Positions 13,785-24,150 of a DNA stretch of 64,000 nt are shown here, in pieces. The position numbers and the translations under genes are program-made. Position 1 is the first letter of the stretch; each line of letters begins with the position of its first letter. This stretch comes from Eledone cirrhosa. Its lineage: Eukaryota. The stretch spans positions 8,804,001 to 8,868,000 of the forward strand of contig OZ024747.1 in NCBI GenBank assembly GCA_964016885.1, read 5' to 3'. The notes beneath the pieces were generated by a model. The model searched no databases. It saw only the letters and a program-made list of their open reading frames with translations, and was not told the DNA's origin.

Positions 13785-14032
13785 TTATTGTCATAGATGT
13801 TGACAAGTTATTGTCATAGATGTTATAGACAAGTTATTGTCATAGATGTTGACAAGTTATTGTCATAGATGTTATAGACAAGTTATTGTCATAGATGTTG
13901 ACAAGTTATTGTTATAGATGTTATAGACAAGTTATTGTCATAGATGTTGACAAGTTATTGTCATAGATGTTATAGACAAGTTATTGTTATAGATGTTATA
14001 GACAAGTTATTGTTATAGATGTTATAGACAAG
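13785..14032. repeat. Higher-order minisatellite of 23-bp (A) and 26-bp (B) units, order ABABABABBB
   Basis: A = ttattgtcatagatgttgacaag, B = ttattgt(c/t)atagatgttatagacaag. Confidence 0.95.
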
Positions 14033-14194
14033 TTCATGCACAAAAATATAAAATAAAAAATTTCTCAAAAACTGAATCATATTTTTTGTCTTTCCAGTGA
14101 ACAAGTTTTTCAAGCTCTGAAAATGAACACAAAGATGGGAATATTCAAAACATAACAACAACAATAATTTCTGACAGTGGCATTCATTTGGGGA

Positions 14195-14378
14195 GAGGAA
14201 TTAGTCAATTAAATCAACTCATACTTAACTGTTAAACTGTATTTTATCAACACTCCAGGAAGAATGAAAAGCAAAGTTGCCTTCAGTGGGTTTTGAACTC
14301 AGACTACATGGGCCTAACTAAATACAGCAAAGCAATTTTGTCTGAGACTCTCTAACGATTCTGCCATTTCACTGCCCT
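14195..14378 (-). mobile_element. SINE, same family
   Basis: Reverse-complement core gagttcaaaacccactgaaggcaactttgcttttcattc. Confidence 0.6.
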
Positions 14379-14549
14379 TAATAATAACAGAAATTTGAGA
14401 AAAGAAATAAGCATTTGTTGAAGGTTATCTTTTAAATTACTATAAAAAAATATATATAATTTCCACATTAACTATTTTTCCTGTACCAAAAGTTTTAAAA
14501 ATTCTATAATGGTTTTAAACATTTGAATAGAATCTTCAAAATTGTATCA

Positions 14550-17147
14550 ATGTCTTCTGCAACTTATCATAATTCAAGGAAGGAGAAGGAAGCCATTTAT
14601 GGTTTTAAGGCAAATATGGCTGAGAAACAATTTCACAGTAATATGTACGAGATGCAGTTTCCACAGAACTGTGGACTACAACCTGCTGGATCTGGCCCAT
14701 TAAATGAAAAATTATATCCTTGGGTTAGTTATAGTGCAACGAGCAGTAAGCAGCCACAGTTTCCAATGAATGGTAAAAGTATGCCTGATATAGAACATTC
14801 CCACAGTAAACAGACAGCCCATTCTCAGTTTCCAATGAGTGGTAAAATTATGTCTGATATAGAACATTCTCACAGTAAACAGACAGCCCATTCTCAGTTT
14901 CCAATGAGTGGTAAAAGTATGTCTGATATTGAGTCTTCTCATAATAAACAGCCAGCATCTCAACATTCTCAGTTTCCAATGACTGGTAAAAGTATGTCTG
15001 ATATTGAGTCTTCTCATAATAAACAGCCAACATCTCAGCATTCTCAGTTTCCAATGACTGGTAAAAGTATGTCCGACATAGAACATTCCCACAGTAAACA
15101 GACAGCCCATTCTCAGTTTCCAATGACTGGTAAAAGTATGTCCGACATAGAACATTCTCACAGTAAACAGACAACATCCCATTCTCAGTTTCCAATGAGT
15201 GGTAAAAGTATGTCCGACATAGAACATTCTCACAGTAAACAGACAACATCCCATTCTCAGTTTCCAATGAGTGGTAAAAGTATGTCTGATATTGAGTCTT
15301 CTCATAATAAACAGACAACATCTCAGCATTCTCAGTTTCCAATGAGTTGTAAAAGTATGTCCGACATAGAACATTCTCACAGTAAACAGACATCCCATTC
15401 TCAGTTTCCAATGAGTTGTAAAAGTATGTCCGACATAGAACATTCTCACAGTAAACAGACAACATCCCATTCTCAGTTTCCAATGAGTTGTAAAAGTATG
15501 TCCGACATAGAACATTCTCACAGTAAACAGACAACATCTCAACATTCACAGTTTCCAATGAGTTGTAAAAGTATGTCCGACATAGAACATTCTCACAGTA
15601 AACAGACAACATGTCAACAATCGCAGTTTCCAATGAGTTGTAAAAGTATGTCTGATATAGAACATTCTCACAGTAAACAGACATCACCTCAACATTCTCC
15701 TGAAATGCCACAACAACCACCACCACCGCCACCACTAACATCTCAACCATCACAACATCAAACCAAAATAGCTTCAACTGAAAAACCATTTCACTGTGAT
15801 CTGTGTGAAAGTAAATTTTCCCGACGAGAGACACTTGTTTCCCATCGAAGGACACACACTGGAGAAAAACCTTTTACTTGTGAGGTCTGTCAAAAACAGT
15901 TTGCCAGACGAGATACCCTGCAGTCACACCGAAGGACACACACTGGAGAAAAACCATTCCGATGTGATTTTTGCAGAGAACAATTTGCCCGTAGAGACAC
16001 TTTACAATCTCACCGTCGGACACATACTGGTGAAAAACCCTTTGTTTGTGAAATATGCCGACGTCAGTTTGCTCAGAGAGATGCTTTGCAGTGTCATAAA
16101 AGAACACACACAGGAGAGAAACCGTTTCGGTGTGATCTTTGTGTAGAACGTTTTGCTCGTAGAGATACCCTCATATCTCACAAAAGGACACATACTGGAG
16201 AAAAACCATATTGTTGTGATGTTTGCCCAAAACGCTTCGCCCAACGAGATACTCTTCAATGTCATAAAAGAACCCACACAGGAGAAAAACCTTTTAGTTG
16301 TGATCATTGCCCAAAGAGTTTTTCACAACGAGATACCTTGCAGTGTCATCGAAGGATACATACAGGTGAGAAACCATTCCGTTGTGATTTATGTGGTCAA
16401 AGATTTGCCCGACGGGATACTCTCCAGTGTCACAGACGTACTCACACAGGAGAAAAGCCATATCATTGCGATGTCTGCCCTAAACAGTTCTCACAACGAG
16501 ATACTCTCCAATGCCACAAGAGAACACACACTGGGGAAAAGCCTTTCCATTGTGACATCTGTGGTGACCAGTTTGCACGTCGAGACACTTTAAAATGTCA
16601 CATGCGTCGACACACCGGTGAAAGGCCATTTCAGTGTGAAGTGTGTGCAGAACGATTTGCTCGTAAAGATACACTTTGCTGTCACAAGCGGACCCATACA
16701 TGTGAAAAACCATTTCATTGTGAATACTGTATTCAACAATTTGCTCGACGAGATACGTTACAGACCCATACACGTACTCATACCGGAGAGAAACCTTATC
16801 AGTGTGGTTTATGTGGCAAGCAGTTTGCTCGTACTGATGAGTTTGCACGTCACAAAAGAACACATGGTACAGTAATACCTAGTGCACACAGTGCACACAA
16901 CACAGTTATCACTCCAATAACATCACCACCGCCACCTCCTCCACCCCCAATAACAACTGCACCACCACCACCACCACCACCAACAACCACAACACACCAA
17001 CATCAAATCAACAGAAAACATAACCACCCACATTGTTCTGCAGCTACATTTATGCAAAACAATTTCATCAGAACACCAAACTGTGACAATACCAACAAAA
17101 GGTACACCCCAGTTAGTAACTACATGTGGCAAGCTGTGTATATTTAA
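14550..17147 (+). CDS. C2H2 zinc-finger protein ZNF-A (865 aa from first ATG): 13 tandem 23-25 aa N-terminal repeats, 13 C2H2 fingers, Pro/Thr-rich tail
   Basis: Uninterrupted ORF with 13 CxxC-x12-HxxxH units joined by TGEKP-type linkers (15789-16866). The track start at 14523 is a TTG; the first ATG is at 14550, just after a possible acceptor AG at 14529-14530. No KRAB/SCAN/BTB/ZAD domain recognisable. Confidence 0.95.
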   Translation: MSSATYHNSRKEKEAIYGFKANMAEKQFHSNMYEMQFPQNCGLQPAGSGPLNEKLYPWVSYSATSSKQPQFPMNGKSMPDIEHSHSKQTAHSQFPMSGKIMSDIEHSHSKQTAHSQFPMSGKSMSDIESSHNKQPASQHSQFPMTGKSMSDIESSHNKQPTSQHSQFPMTGKSMSDIEHSHSKQTAHSQFPMTGKSMSDIEHSHSKQTTSHSQFPMSGKSMSDIEHSHSKQTTSHSQFPMSGKSMSDIESSHNKQTTSQHSQFPMSCKSMSDIEHSHSKQTSHSQFPMSCKSMSDIEHSHSKQTTSHSQFPMSCKSMSDIEHSHSKQTTSQHSQFPMSCKSMSDIEHSHSKQTTCQQSQFPMSCKSMSDIEHSHSKQTSPQHSPEMPQQPPPPPPLTSQPSQHQTKIASTEKPFHCDLCESKFSRRETLVSHRRTHTGEKPFTCEVCQKQFARRDTLQSHRRTHTGEKPFRCDFCREQFARRDTLQSHRRTHTGEKPFVCEICRRQFAQRDALQCHKRTHTGEKPFRCDLCVERFARRDTLISHKRTHTGEKPYCCDVCPKRFAQRDTLQCHKRTHTGEKPFSCDHCPKSFSQRDTLQCHRRIHTGEKPFRCDLCGQRFARRDTLQCHRRTHTGEKPYHCDVCPKQFSQRDTLQCHKRTHTGEKPFHCDICGDQFARRDTLKCHMRRHTGERPFQCEVCAERFARKDTLCCHKRTHTCEKPFHCEYCIQQFARRDTLQTHTRTHTGEKPYQCGLCGKQFARTDEFARHKRTHGTVIPSAHSAHNTVITPITSPPPPPPPPITTAPPPPPPPTTTTHQHQINRKHNHPHCSAATFMQNNFIRTPNCDNTNKRYTPVSNYMWQAVYI

Positions 17148-17195
17148 TGTTGGTATTAAAATACAGCTGGGATTTAGTTCATTCTAAATTACTTT

Positions 17196-17318
17196 TTAAC
17201 TCTTAATATCCTGTACTGCACGAAACCACAGCATGGTGGCAAATGTTCACAACAATCTGTCCATTATTAGGGATATTATAAACATTTGAATTAACATTAA
17301 CAGGATGTTAAGAGTTAA
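17196..17318. mobile_element. TTAA-flanked MITE family 1 (piggyBac-like ends); related copies at about 21026-21196, 24425-24915, 32762-33106
   Basis: TTAA-CTCTTAATATCCTGT...ACAGGATGTTAAGAG-TTAA inverted termini. Confidence 0.6.
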
Positions 17319-17689
17319 AATACAATTTGGTTTTAGTTTATTTTTCACACTTTGTATTATCATATTCATGAATTTTTAAAAATCTGTGTACCTGTTTATT
17401 ATACCTGTTATGCAATTATTTAGTGAAAATATTTACACATCTGAGCAGTTAATATTTAGTCTATAGATATTTTTTTTAAATCCTAATTAGATAAAATATG
17501 AAAACTGCTCAAACATTGTTTGTTGTTGCTTCTATCAGCATCTAGTTTCTCAGTTTAGTCGATTAGATTCCCATAATTTGAATGTGACAACTTACAGAAC
17601 AGATGTAATGCTTTAGGTTTTTATTAGTGGCCACAACTTGTAACATCTTCTTCTAACATCTGTTTTCCCTGCTTGCTATGGTTTGGTGT

Positions 17690-17990
17690 CATTGGCAGAG
17701 TCATTAAAATGTTGTAATACTTCACAGTATTTGTTCTGGCTTTCTGTAGTCTTGAGTTCAAATCCCACTGAAGTTAACTTTGACTTTCAAGGTTGATTAA
17801 GTACCAGTCTAGTACTGAGGCCCATTCTTCCTTGATATCTCATTCTCACTCCTCTCTCACTCCTCTCTCACTCTTTCTTTCTCTGGAAGAAATCAACTGT
17901 GTTCAGACCTGGAGAAGGATGGGCCATGTTAGGTTTAAACGCCCAATTCACACTGTGCCCATATGATTTCATCAGGAATTAAGGGTCCAT
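17690..17990 (+). mobile_element. SINE with extended 3-prime module; same composite at -26275-26585, +47968-48315 and -10570-10801
   Basis: Core plus ggaagaaatc...tcagacctggag..ggatgg...aggttt..a.gccc...catcagga.ttaaggg.cc. Confidence 0.65.
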
Positions 17991-18317
17991 GCATGCTAAT
18001 ATACTAAATTTAATCACCAAGATTATCAGTTACTGAATATCTTATATTTTTCCATTCTTCTTCTTCTGTACCTTTATCCTATGGACTGTAACTCTGTACA
18101 AACATGTTTTATCTTTTTTTACTATGATTCAAGATGTAACTGCCTCTGTTAAACATCAGATGTCAAGTTCATTCATAAAAGATTTGTAATCACGTATCCT
18201 GCAAACTAGTTTTTGTGTACAAAATCTTGTTTTTCATCATGATGTAAAAAAAAAAAAAACCATACGTTGTGCTTCAGTGACTATTGTGACTGTGGCTATT
18301 ATCTAACATGTCCTTTC

Positions 18318-18358
<41 letters not shown>

Positions 18359-18686
18359 CTTTGCTATGCTACTTTTGTTTTACTTTTGATATTTTTTTAA
18401 TCTTTTTATTTCATTTTACATGAAACTTAAACATATTTCATTCAATTGAAATCAATATCATTTATTAAGTTTTCTTCTCTGAGATGATCCAAATTTCAAA
18501 TGATTTTTCAGATTCAGATTAAATTTGATCTTGAGAACATTGTGACAAATTTGTGATATGTTACCAAACTACAGCAACATCTTGAGTATGATATAAAATG
18601 AACAGTTGTTGTTTGCATTAATATTATTTTTATTCATTGCATGTTACAATTGACTGAAATATCTATCTCATTAACATTATCTAATG

Positions 18687-20832
18687 CAGTGTTTCTCAAC
18701 GTGGGATGTAGGACTTCAGAATAGTGTGTGTGTACTATACTATATACTGTCTTTGTCTGATCATAGTGGAGTGTAGGACTTCAGAATGGGGTGTGTACTA
18801 TACTACATACTGTCTTTGTCTGATCATAGTGGGGTGTAGGACTTCAGAATGGGGTGTGTGTACTATACTATATACTATCTTTGTCTGATCGTAGTGGGGT
18901 GCATATACCATGGTATCATCATCATCGTTTAACGTCTATCTTCCAAGCTAGCATGGGTTAGACAGGATATATTAACTTATTCTGAGTTTTTTAAAGACAT
19001 CGCTCGGATCACTGATGGCGGCTCATGGGTGGATGTTGTTTACCTTGACTTTGCTAAAGCTTTCAATTCTGTGCCACACAAAAGACTTATGGCAAAACTC
19101 TCTGCAATGAGTGTGAAGGATGATCTTTTTAACTGGTTGAAGTCCTTCATTCTCAGTCGAAGAGAGGTAGTCACGGTTCTAGGACAGCATTCCTCACCAT
19201 ATGAGATATCATCTGGTGTACCACAGGGATCTGTTCTTGGCCCCCTTTTGTTTGTGGCATATATTAATGACATAGATGCCAACTTAAAGAATGCCACAGT
19301 ACTGAAATATGCAGATGACATCAAGCTGTACCTTGAGATAAAAAGGACAGATCCTGAACACTAGATCTTGCCTGCAATCTGACCTGGACACAATGCAACA
19401 ATGGATCACAGACTGGCAACTCAAGCTAGCTGTGGACAAGTGTACCACCATGCATTTTGGGAGTAAAAACCCAGCGTCCACATACTCCCTCCACAACACT
19501 AATATCAAGAAGTCTTCTTGTGAACGTGACCTGGGCATTACTGTCAGCAGTGATTTGCATTGGACGAAGAATGTCTCTAAAATTGTCAAGAAGGCTGAGG
19601 GTGTCTTAGCATCACTCAGCAAGACCTTTGTCAGCCGCTCTCCAGCTATCTATTTAAAGCTGTATATAGCTATGGTGCGGCCACACTTAGAATTTGCATC
19701 ACCAGTCTGGAACCCCTATCTTGCTCAGAACATTGACCGCCTGGAAACTGTTCAGAGATGTGCAACCAAGCGAATACCCTCCATCAGGCATCTACCATAC
19801 TCTGAACGCCTTGCTTCCCTGGGCATGGATACATCGAAGCTCCGACATCTGGCAACTGACTTGGTAAACACCCACAAAATTATTAACCATCTTGCCAACA
19901 ACAACCCTGAATACTTTTTTGAATTCCATGTGTCTAACACACGTGGGCATGCCCACAAAGTCAGAAAACAGCACAGCTCTCATGACTTTTGGAAACATTT
20001 TTTGACGCTCAGAGTTGCTGAAGCATGGAACAAACTACCTGCATCAGTTATTAGCTGTCGAGACACTGCATCCTTTAAAACCCACATGCTTCCCGAGATT
20101 CACCAACACTACACCTAATACTCCCCCTCCATACACACGCACACATGTATATCATGACTCATACACTATTCACTTCCCTGACATTTTACATTATTCTATG
20201 TACTATACATGCACCTGAGCACTGTACACAATAATTTCATTATTATAGTGGGGAATGGGACTTAAGAATAGGGTGTATATACTATCGTATATATTAATTT
20301 GTCTCATTGTGGTGGGATGTAGGACTTCAGGATGGGGTATATATACTCATCGTTTAACGTCCATTTTCCACGCTAGCATGGGTCTGGACGGGAATTGTCC
20401 CACTTGAGGCAAGATTGGTTGTCTGGCTGGTTTTCTACGGCTGGATGCCCCTCCTAACACCAACCACGTTTACCGTGTTACCTACACGGCCACATTACAG
20501 CGTGGACTGTGTGTTTTTTTGTCGTGACACCTACACGACCTCATTTATTTAGGACTGGATGTTGTGGTACCAACATAGCTTTACATATACTGTGGTATAT
20601 ATTAACTTTGTTTGATCATAGTAGGGTATGGGATAGATATATATACTATGCTGTATACTAACTTTATCTGATCAGAATGGGGTGTATATACTAATTTTAT
20701 CTGATCAGAATGGGGTATATATACTATGGTATATACACTAACTTTATCTGATCAGAATGGGGTATATATATATATGGTATAGACTTTGTCTAGTCATGGT
20801 GGGATGTGGGACAAAAAGGTTGAGAAACACTG
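18687..20832. mobile_element. hAT (Charlie-type) MITE expanded by internal about 60-bp tandem repeats and nested CR1 and SINE insertions
   Basis: 14-bp terminal inverted repeats CAGTGTTTCTCAAC at 18687 and GTTGAGAAACACTG ending at 20832. Internal unit gtggg.tgtaggacttcagaat...tgtctgatcata recurs on both sides of the CR1. The 8-bp TSD is only half conserved. Confidence 0.7.
18975..20246 (+). mobile_element. CR1-clade LINE, 5-prime truncated reverse transcriptase pseudogene
   Basis: RT motifs YLDFAKAF, SGVPQGSVLGPLLF, YADD; frameshift near 19360; C-terminal RPHLEF..VWNP and TRGH; short tattat tail. Confidence 0.93.
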
Positions 20833-21949
20833 ATTTGAAACATGAATTTAAGAACATTTTTCTTTTGTACCATTTGTTTAGTTCTAAGAGATGAGATTGA
20901 AGAATCCAGTTGTATTTTTTTACATTATTTGGAATTTTACTGAGACCTTTTTGTAAATGAAAAGGAAAGTTCAACAGAAAACTGAACATTCTTTTCATAT
21001 ACTTTTAAAAAATAAAATGAGTTTCTTAACTTTCAATATCCTGTAACACATAAAACAGCACAGACTGCATCACATTAAATATTAAAGTCTTTACTCTAAT
21101 ACTACATATTTTCACAACAAGCTGTCTGTTAGAAAATATACTGTAAACCTGTTTTTAGATATTTTCTGCTAAATCATTACAGGATGTTAAGAGTTATTAA
21201 TATAAACAATCACATTGCTTAATCAATACCAAAGATATTGTAATGTTTCTTTTGTAGATTATTCAGAATATGAACAGACTCTAAACAATCAGTCTACCAA
21301 TATTCATTTTTTAAATAAATAAATATGACAGAATATCAATACAGCATGGGTTATTAATCTTTATTTTATATCACCAGACTGAGTGGAGAAAATAAACCAA
21401 TATTATCTCTGAAATATGATAATTTATTAACAGACAACCTGAAATAAAGTTTCTCAATTATAAAAAATACTTCCTTTCATCTTAATTGATAAAAAAAATT
21501 GTTATGCCTCAATATAACTAAAGAGTCATCATCATTTTACCATGCTTGCATAGGTTAGATGGCTGCTCTGTACCTTGTTCAAACGAAACTTGATAAAATG
21601 AGATTGTTGTCATGTCCTCAGTATGATTAACGAGTCCTCTATCATCATCATCATCATCACCATTTACCGTCTATTTTTCCAAGCTTGCATGAGTTAGGTC
21701 ACCCATATAAGACAAGCCTGGTCGCGCTATACCTTGCTGAGATGGAGCTTAATTGATAAGATGAGATTATTATGTCTCTATGACCAAAGAGACCTCTATC
21801 ATCAGTTAAAAATTAATAATTCTAGCAAACTGAATAAGATTTTGTAATATTTACGATTTAATGGAAAAATGATTAGAGGATAGATTTGTTGATTTGCTGT
21901 TATAAGGCAGCAATTTGGCAGAGTTTTGTTTGATTATGCCGATTGAGTT

Positions 21950-22300
21950 CTGATTGTAGTAGATGTAGGATGTAGTCGGTCTTTGAGGAGTTGACTTATA
22001 GAGACCAATATTTTAGCAATTTTTTTCAGGGTTATGTAAAAGGGTGCTAGCTTCTGATATCATGTCTGAGAAGTGAGCAATATCACAGCATAATTTGCAT
22101 GTTATTGTGGCTGGGTGGTAAAAGGAGGTGGATTTCCTTAGAGAGAAGCCAAATTCTTTAATTTTTGTCAATTGAAGTGCAAGGGATGAGAAGATAAAGA
22201 GGAATGGTGCAAATGGGTCACCTTGCCAGATGCCTGAATTGATGTTGAAGAAATCTGTTTGCATCAGGTGATTATAGTTTAGCTCTTCGGTGGACTGAGT
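21950..22300 (-). mobile_element. Decayed non-LTR RT fragment
   Basis: Peptide FNINSGIWQGDPFAPFLFI (QGD motif). Confidence 0.55.
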
Positions 22301-22584
22301 CAAAGATTTCTACAAGTAACTGTCCTCTCTTGTTTGACAAATCCTCAAAACACCAGGACCTAATCATTGGATCATGGTAGTGAAATGAATGCACAATGTG
22401 ACCAAGATTACAAATTTACTTTCTGCTATACAACCAATCAAAATGGTCAGCACATCTTAGAATTAATCACTGAAAATAACCTACTGTGCCTACTAAAGCT
22501 TTTGGTTGATCATTGGCTACATCAGTGATGTAGCTTTTTTTTTTTTTTTTAGGAACAGCTTTGGAGCAGTGCTGCTTGTAGTTA

Positions 22585-23015
22585 AAATATCAATGTTGGA
22601 ATGACACTTTCTGTTGTAGAGGTCACATTTGTGTCTGGTCATTGGCCTGTTGATTCTACTGTGACTGAAGACAAATGCTGAAGCAACAGTTTCTACTGTA
22701 GAGGTCACATCTATATGATGTGGCTGAAAAAACCAATGTTAAAGTGACAGTTTCTGTTGTACATGTCACATTTGTGTGTGGTCACTGGCCTGTTGATTCT
22801 ACTGTGACTGAAGACATGCTGAAGCAACAGTTTCTATTGTTAGAGGTCGTCACATCTATATGATGTCTTCATTGGTCAGTTAGCACTGCTGTGGCTGAAA
22901 AGACCAATGTTGAAGTGACAGTCTCTGTTGTAGAAGTCACATCTGTATGATGTCCTAATTTGTTGGTACTGCTGTGACCATGAAGACCACCGTGGGTGTG
23001 ACAGTTTCTGTTGGT
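22585..23015. repeat. Degenerate tandem repeat
   Basis: Recurrent gtttctgttgtaga(g/a)gtcacat and ctactgtgactgaagac motifs. Confidence 0.65.
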
Positions 23016-23554
23016 ACAGCTGTGCTCTTTTCTTCCGTCTTCAGGTAGTAGTTGAGGGTACCACCTTATTCAGTCATCTGCAAGACCTTCCCTGAAGTCT
23101 TATTAATATGAAGCACCTTCATGTCTCTTGAGCAGACATTCCTGCAGCACAACTTGAGACAACCAAAGGATCACCTCTCAGATGCTAGCCCTCCTCAGAG
23201 AATATTCTTTCAGATGTTGCCCAGCCAGTGCAGTCTTCACTACCCAAAGAAAGTACACATGCTGGGAAATCCAATGCAGGATAGAATCATTGTGTTGGTC
23301 ACTTTGTCTTGCCGTGATATATTTATGATACAGCATATGTTTTTCGAGGAAGGTGTTCAGTTTTCTCTCCTGTTGTATGTTATCCATGTCTCACAACCTA
23401 CTCTACCTAAATACTCAGTTTCAAAGGAAGAGATCGAAACCATGAACACACACCTATTCCAACAGTACCAAGGGCCAACTTGACTTCATGTTAATGAATA
23501 AAAAGTGGGGGTAAAACTGCCAGCTAAACTGCAAAGCACAGTGAAGGGTAAAAT

Positions 23555-24150
23555 TGACCTTGCCAAGGTCAACTATGTCATTCGTCTTTCTAGATCAATA
23601 AAATAAAGTACCAGTCAAGTACTGGAGTTGATTAAATCAATTTCCCCCATTCTACAAATTGCTGGCCTTGTGCCTAAATTAGAAACCAAACCATTATTAT
23701 TATTATTTCTTCAAGGAGGGCGGTGGATTGGCAGTATCAGTAGAGGGTCGGATGCCATGCTTTGCAGCATAGAGTTACAGCCCTTTATGATCTGAGTTCA
23801 AATCCCGCCGAGGTTGACTCTGCCTTTCATCCTTACGGGGTCGATAAAATAAAGTACCAGTCATGCACTGGGGTCGATTTAATTAACTTCCCCCCCCCCA
23901 AATTGCTGTCCTTGTGCTTATATAAGAAACCATTATTTCTTCATCAAGGGTGTTGAATTAGCAGTGTTTCGTGGCATATAGTTAGGGTCCTTTATGGTCT
24001 GAGTTCAAATCCCGCTATGGCTAACTTTGCCTTTCATTCTTACAGGGTCGATAAAATAAAGCACCAGTAACACAGGGATTGATTTAATCGATTTTTTCCT
24101 CTTCCAGCAAAATTGTTGCCCTTCTACCTAAATCAAAAACCATTATTTTT
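23555..24150 (+). mobile_element. Three tandem SINE copies
   Basis: Core ...tttcatcctt(a/t)cggggtcgataaaataaagtaccag...aaattgctggccttgtgcc repeated three times. Confidence 0.75.

Noticed and set aside
12888-14032. CRISPR-like appearance of the regular repeats
   Set aside because: Units are contiguous with no unique spacers, there are no cas genes, and the context is eukaryotic.
14754-15698. Possible reflectin-type repeat (Met-rich, cephalopod context)
   Set aside because: Lacks the MD(X)5MD spacing and the Tyr/Arg/Trp richness of reflectin motifs.
14712-15855. 277-aa and 335-aa minus-strand ORFs
   Set aside because: Antisense shadows of the ZNF-A coding tandem repeat.
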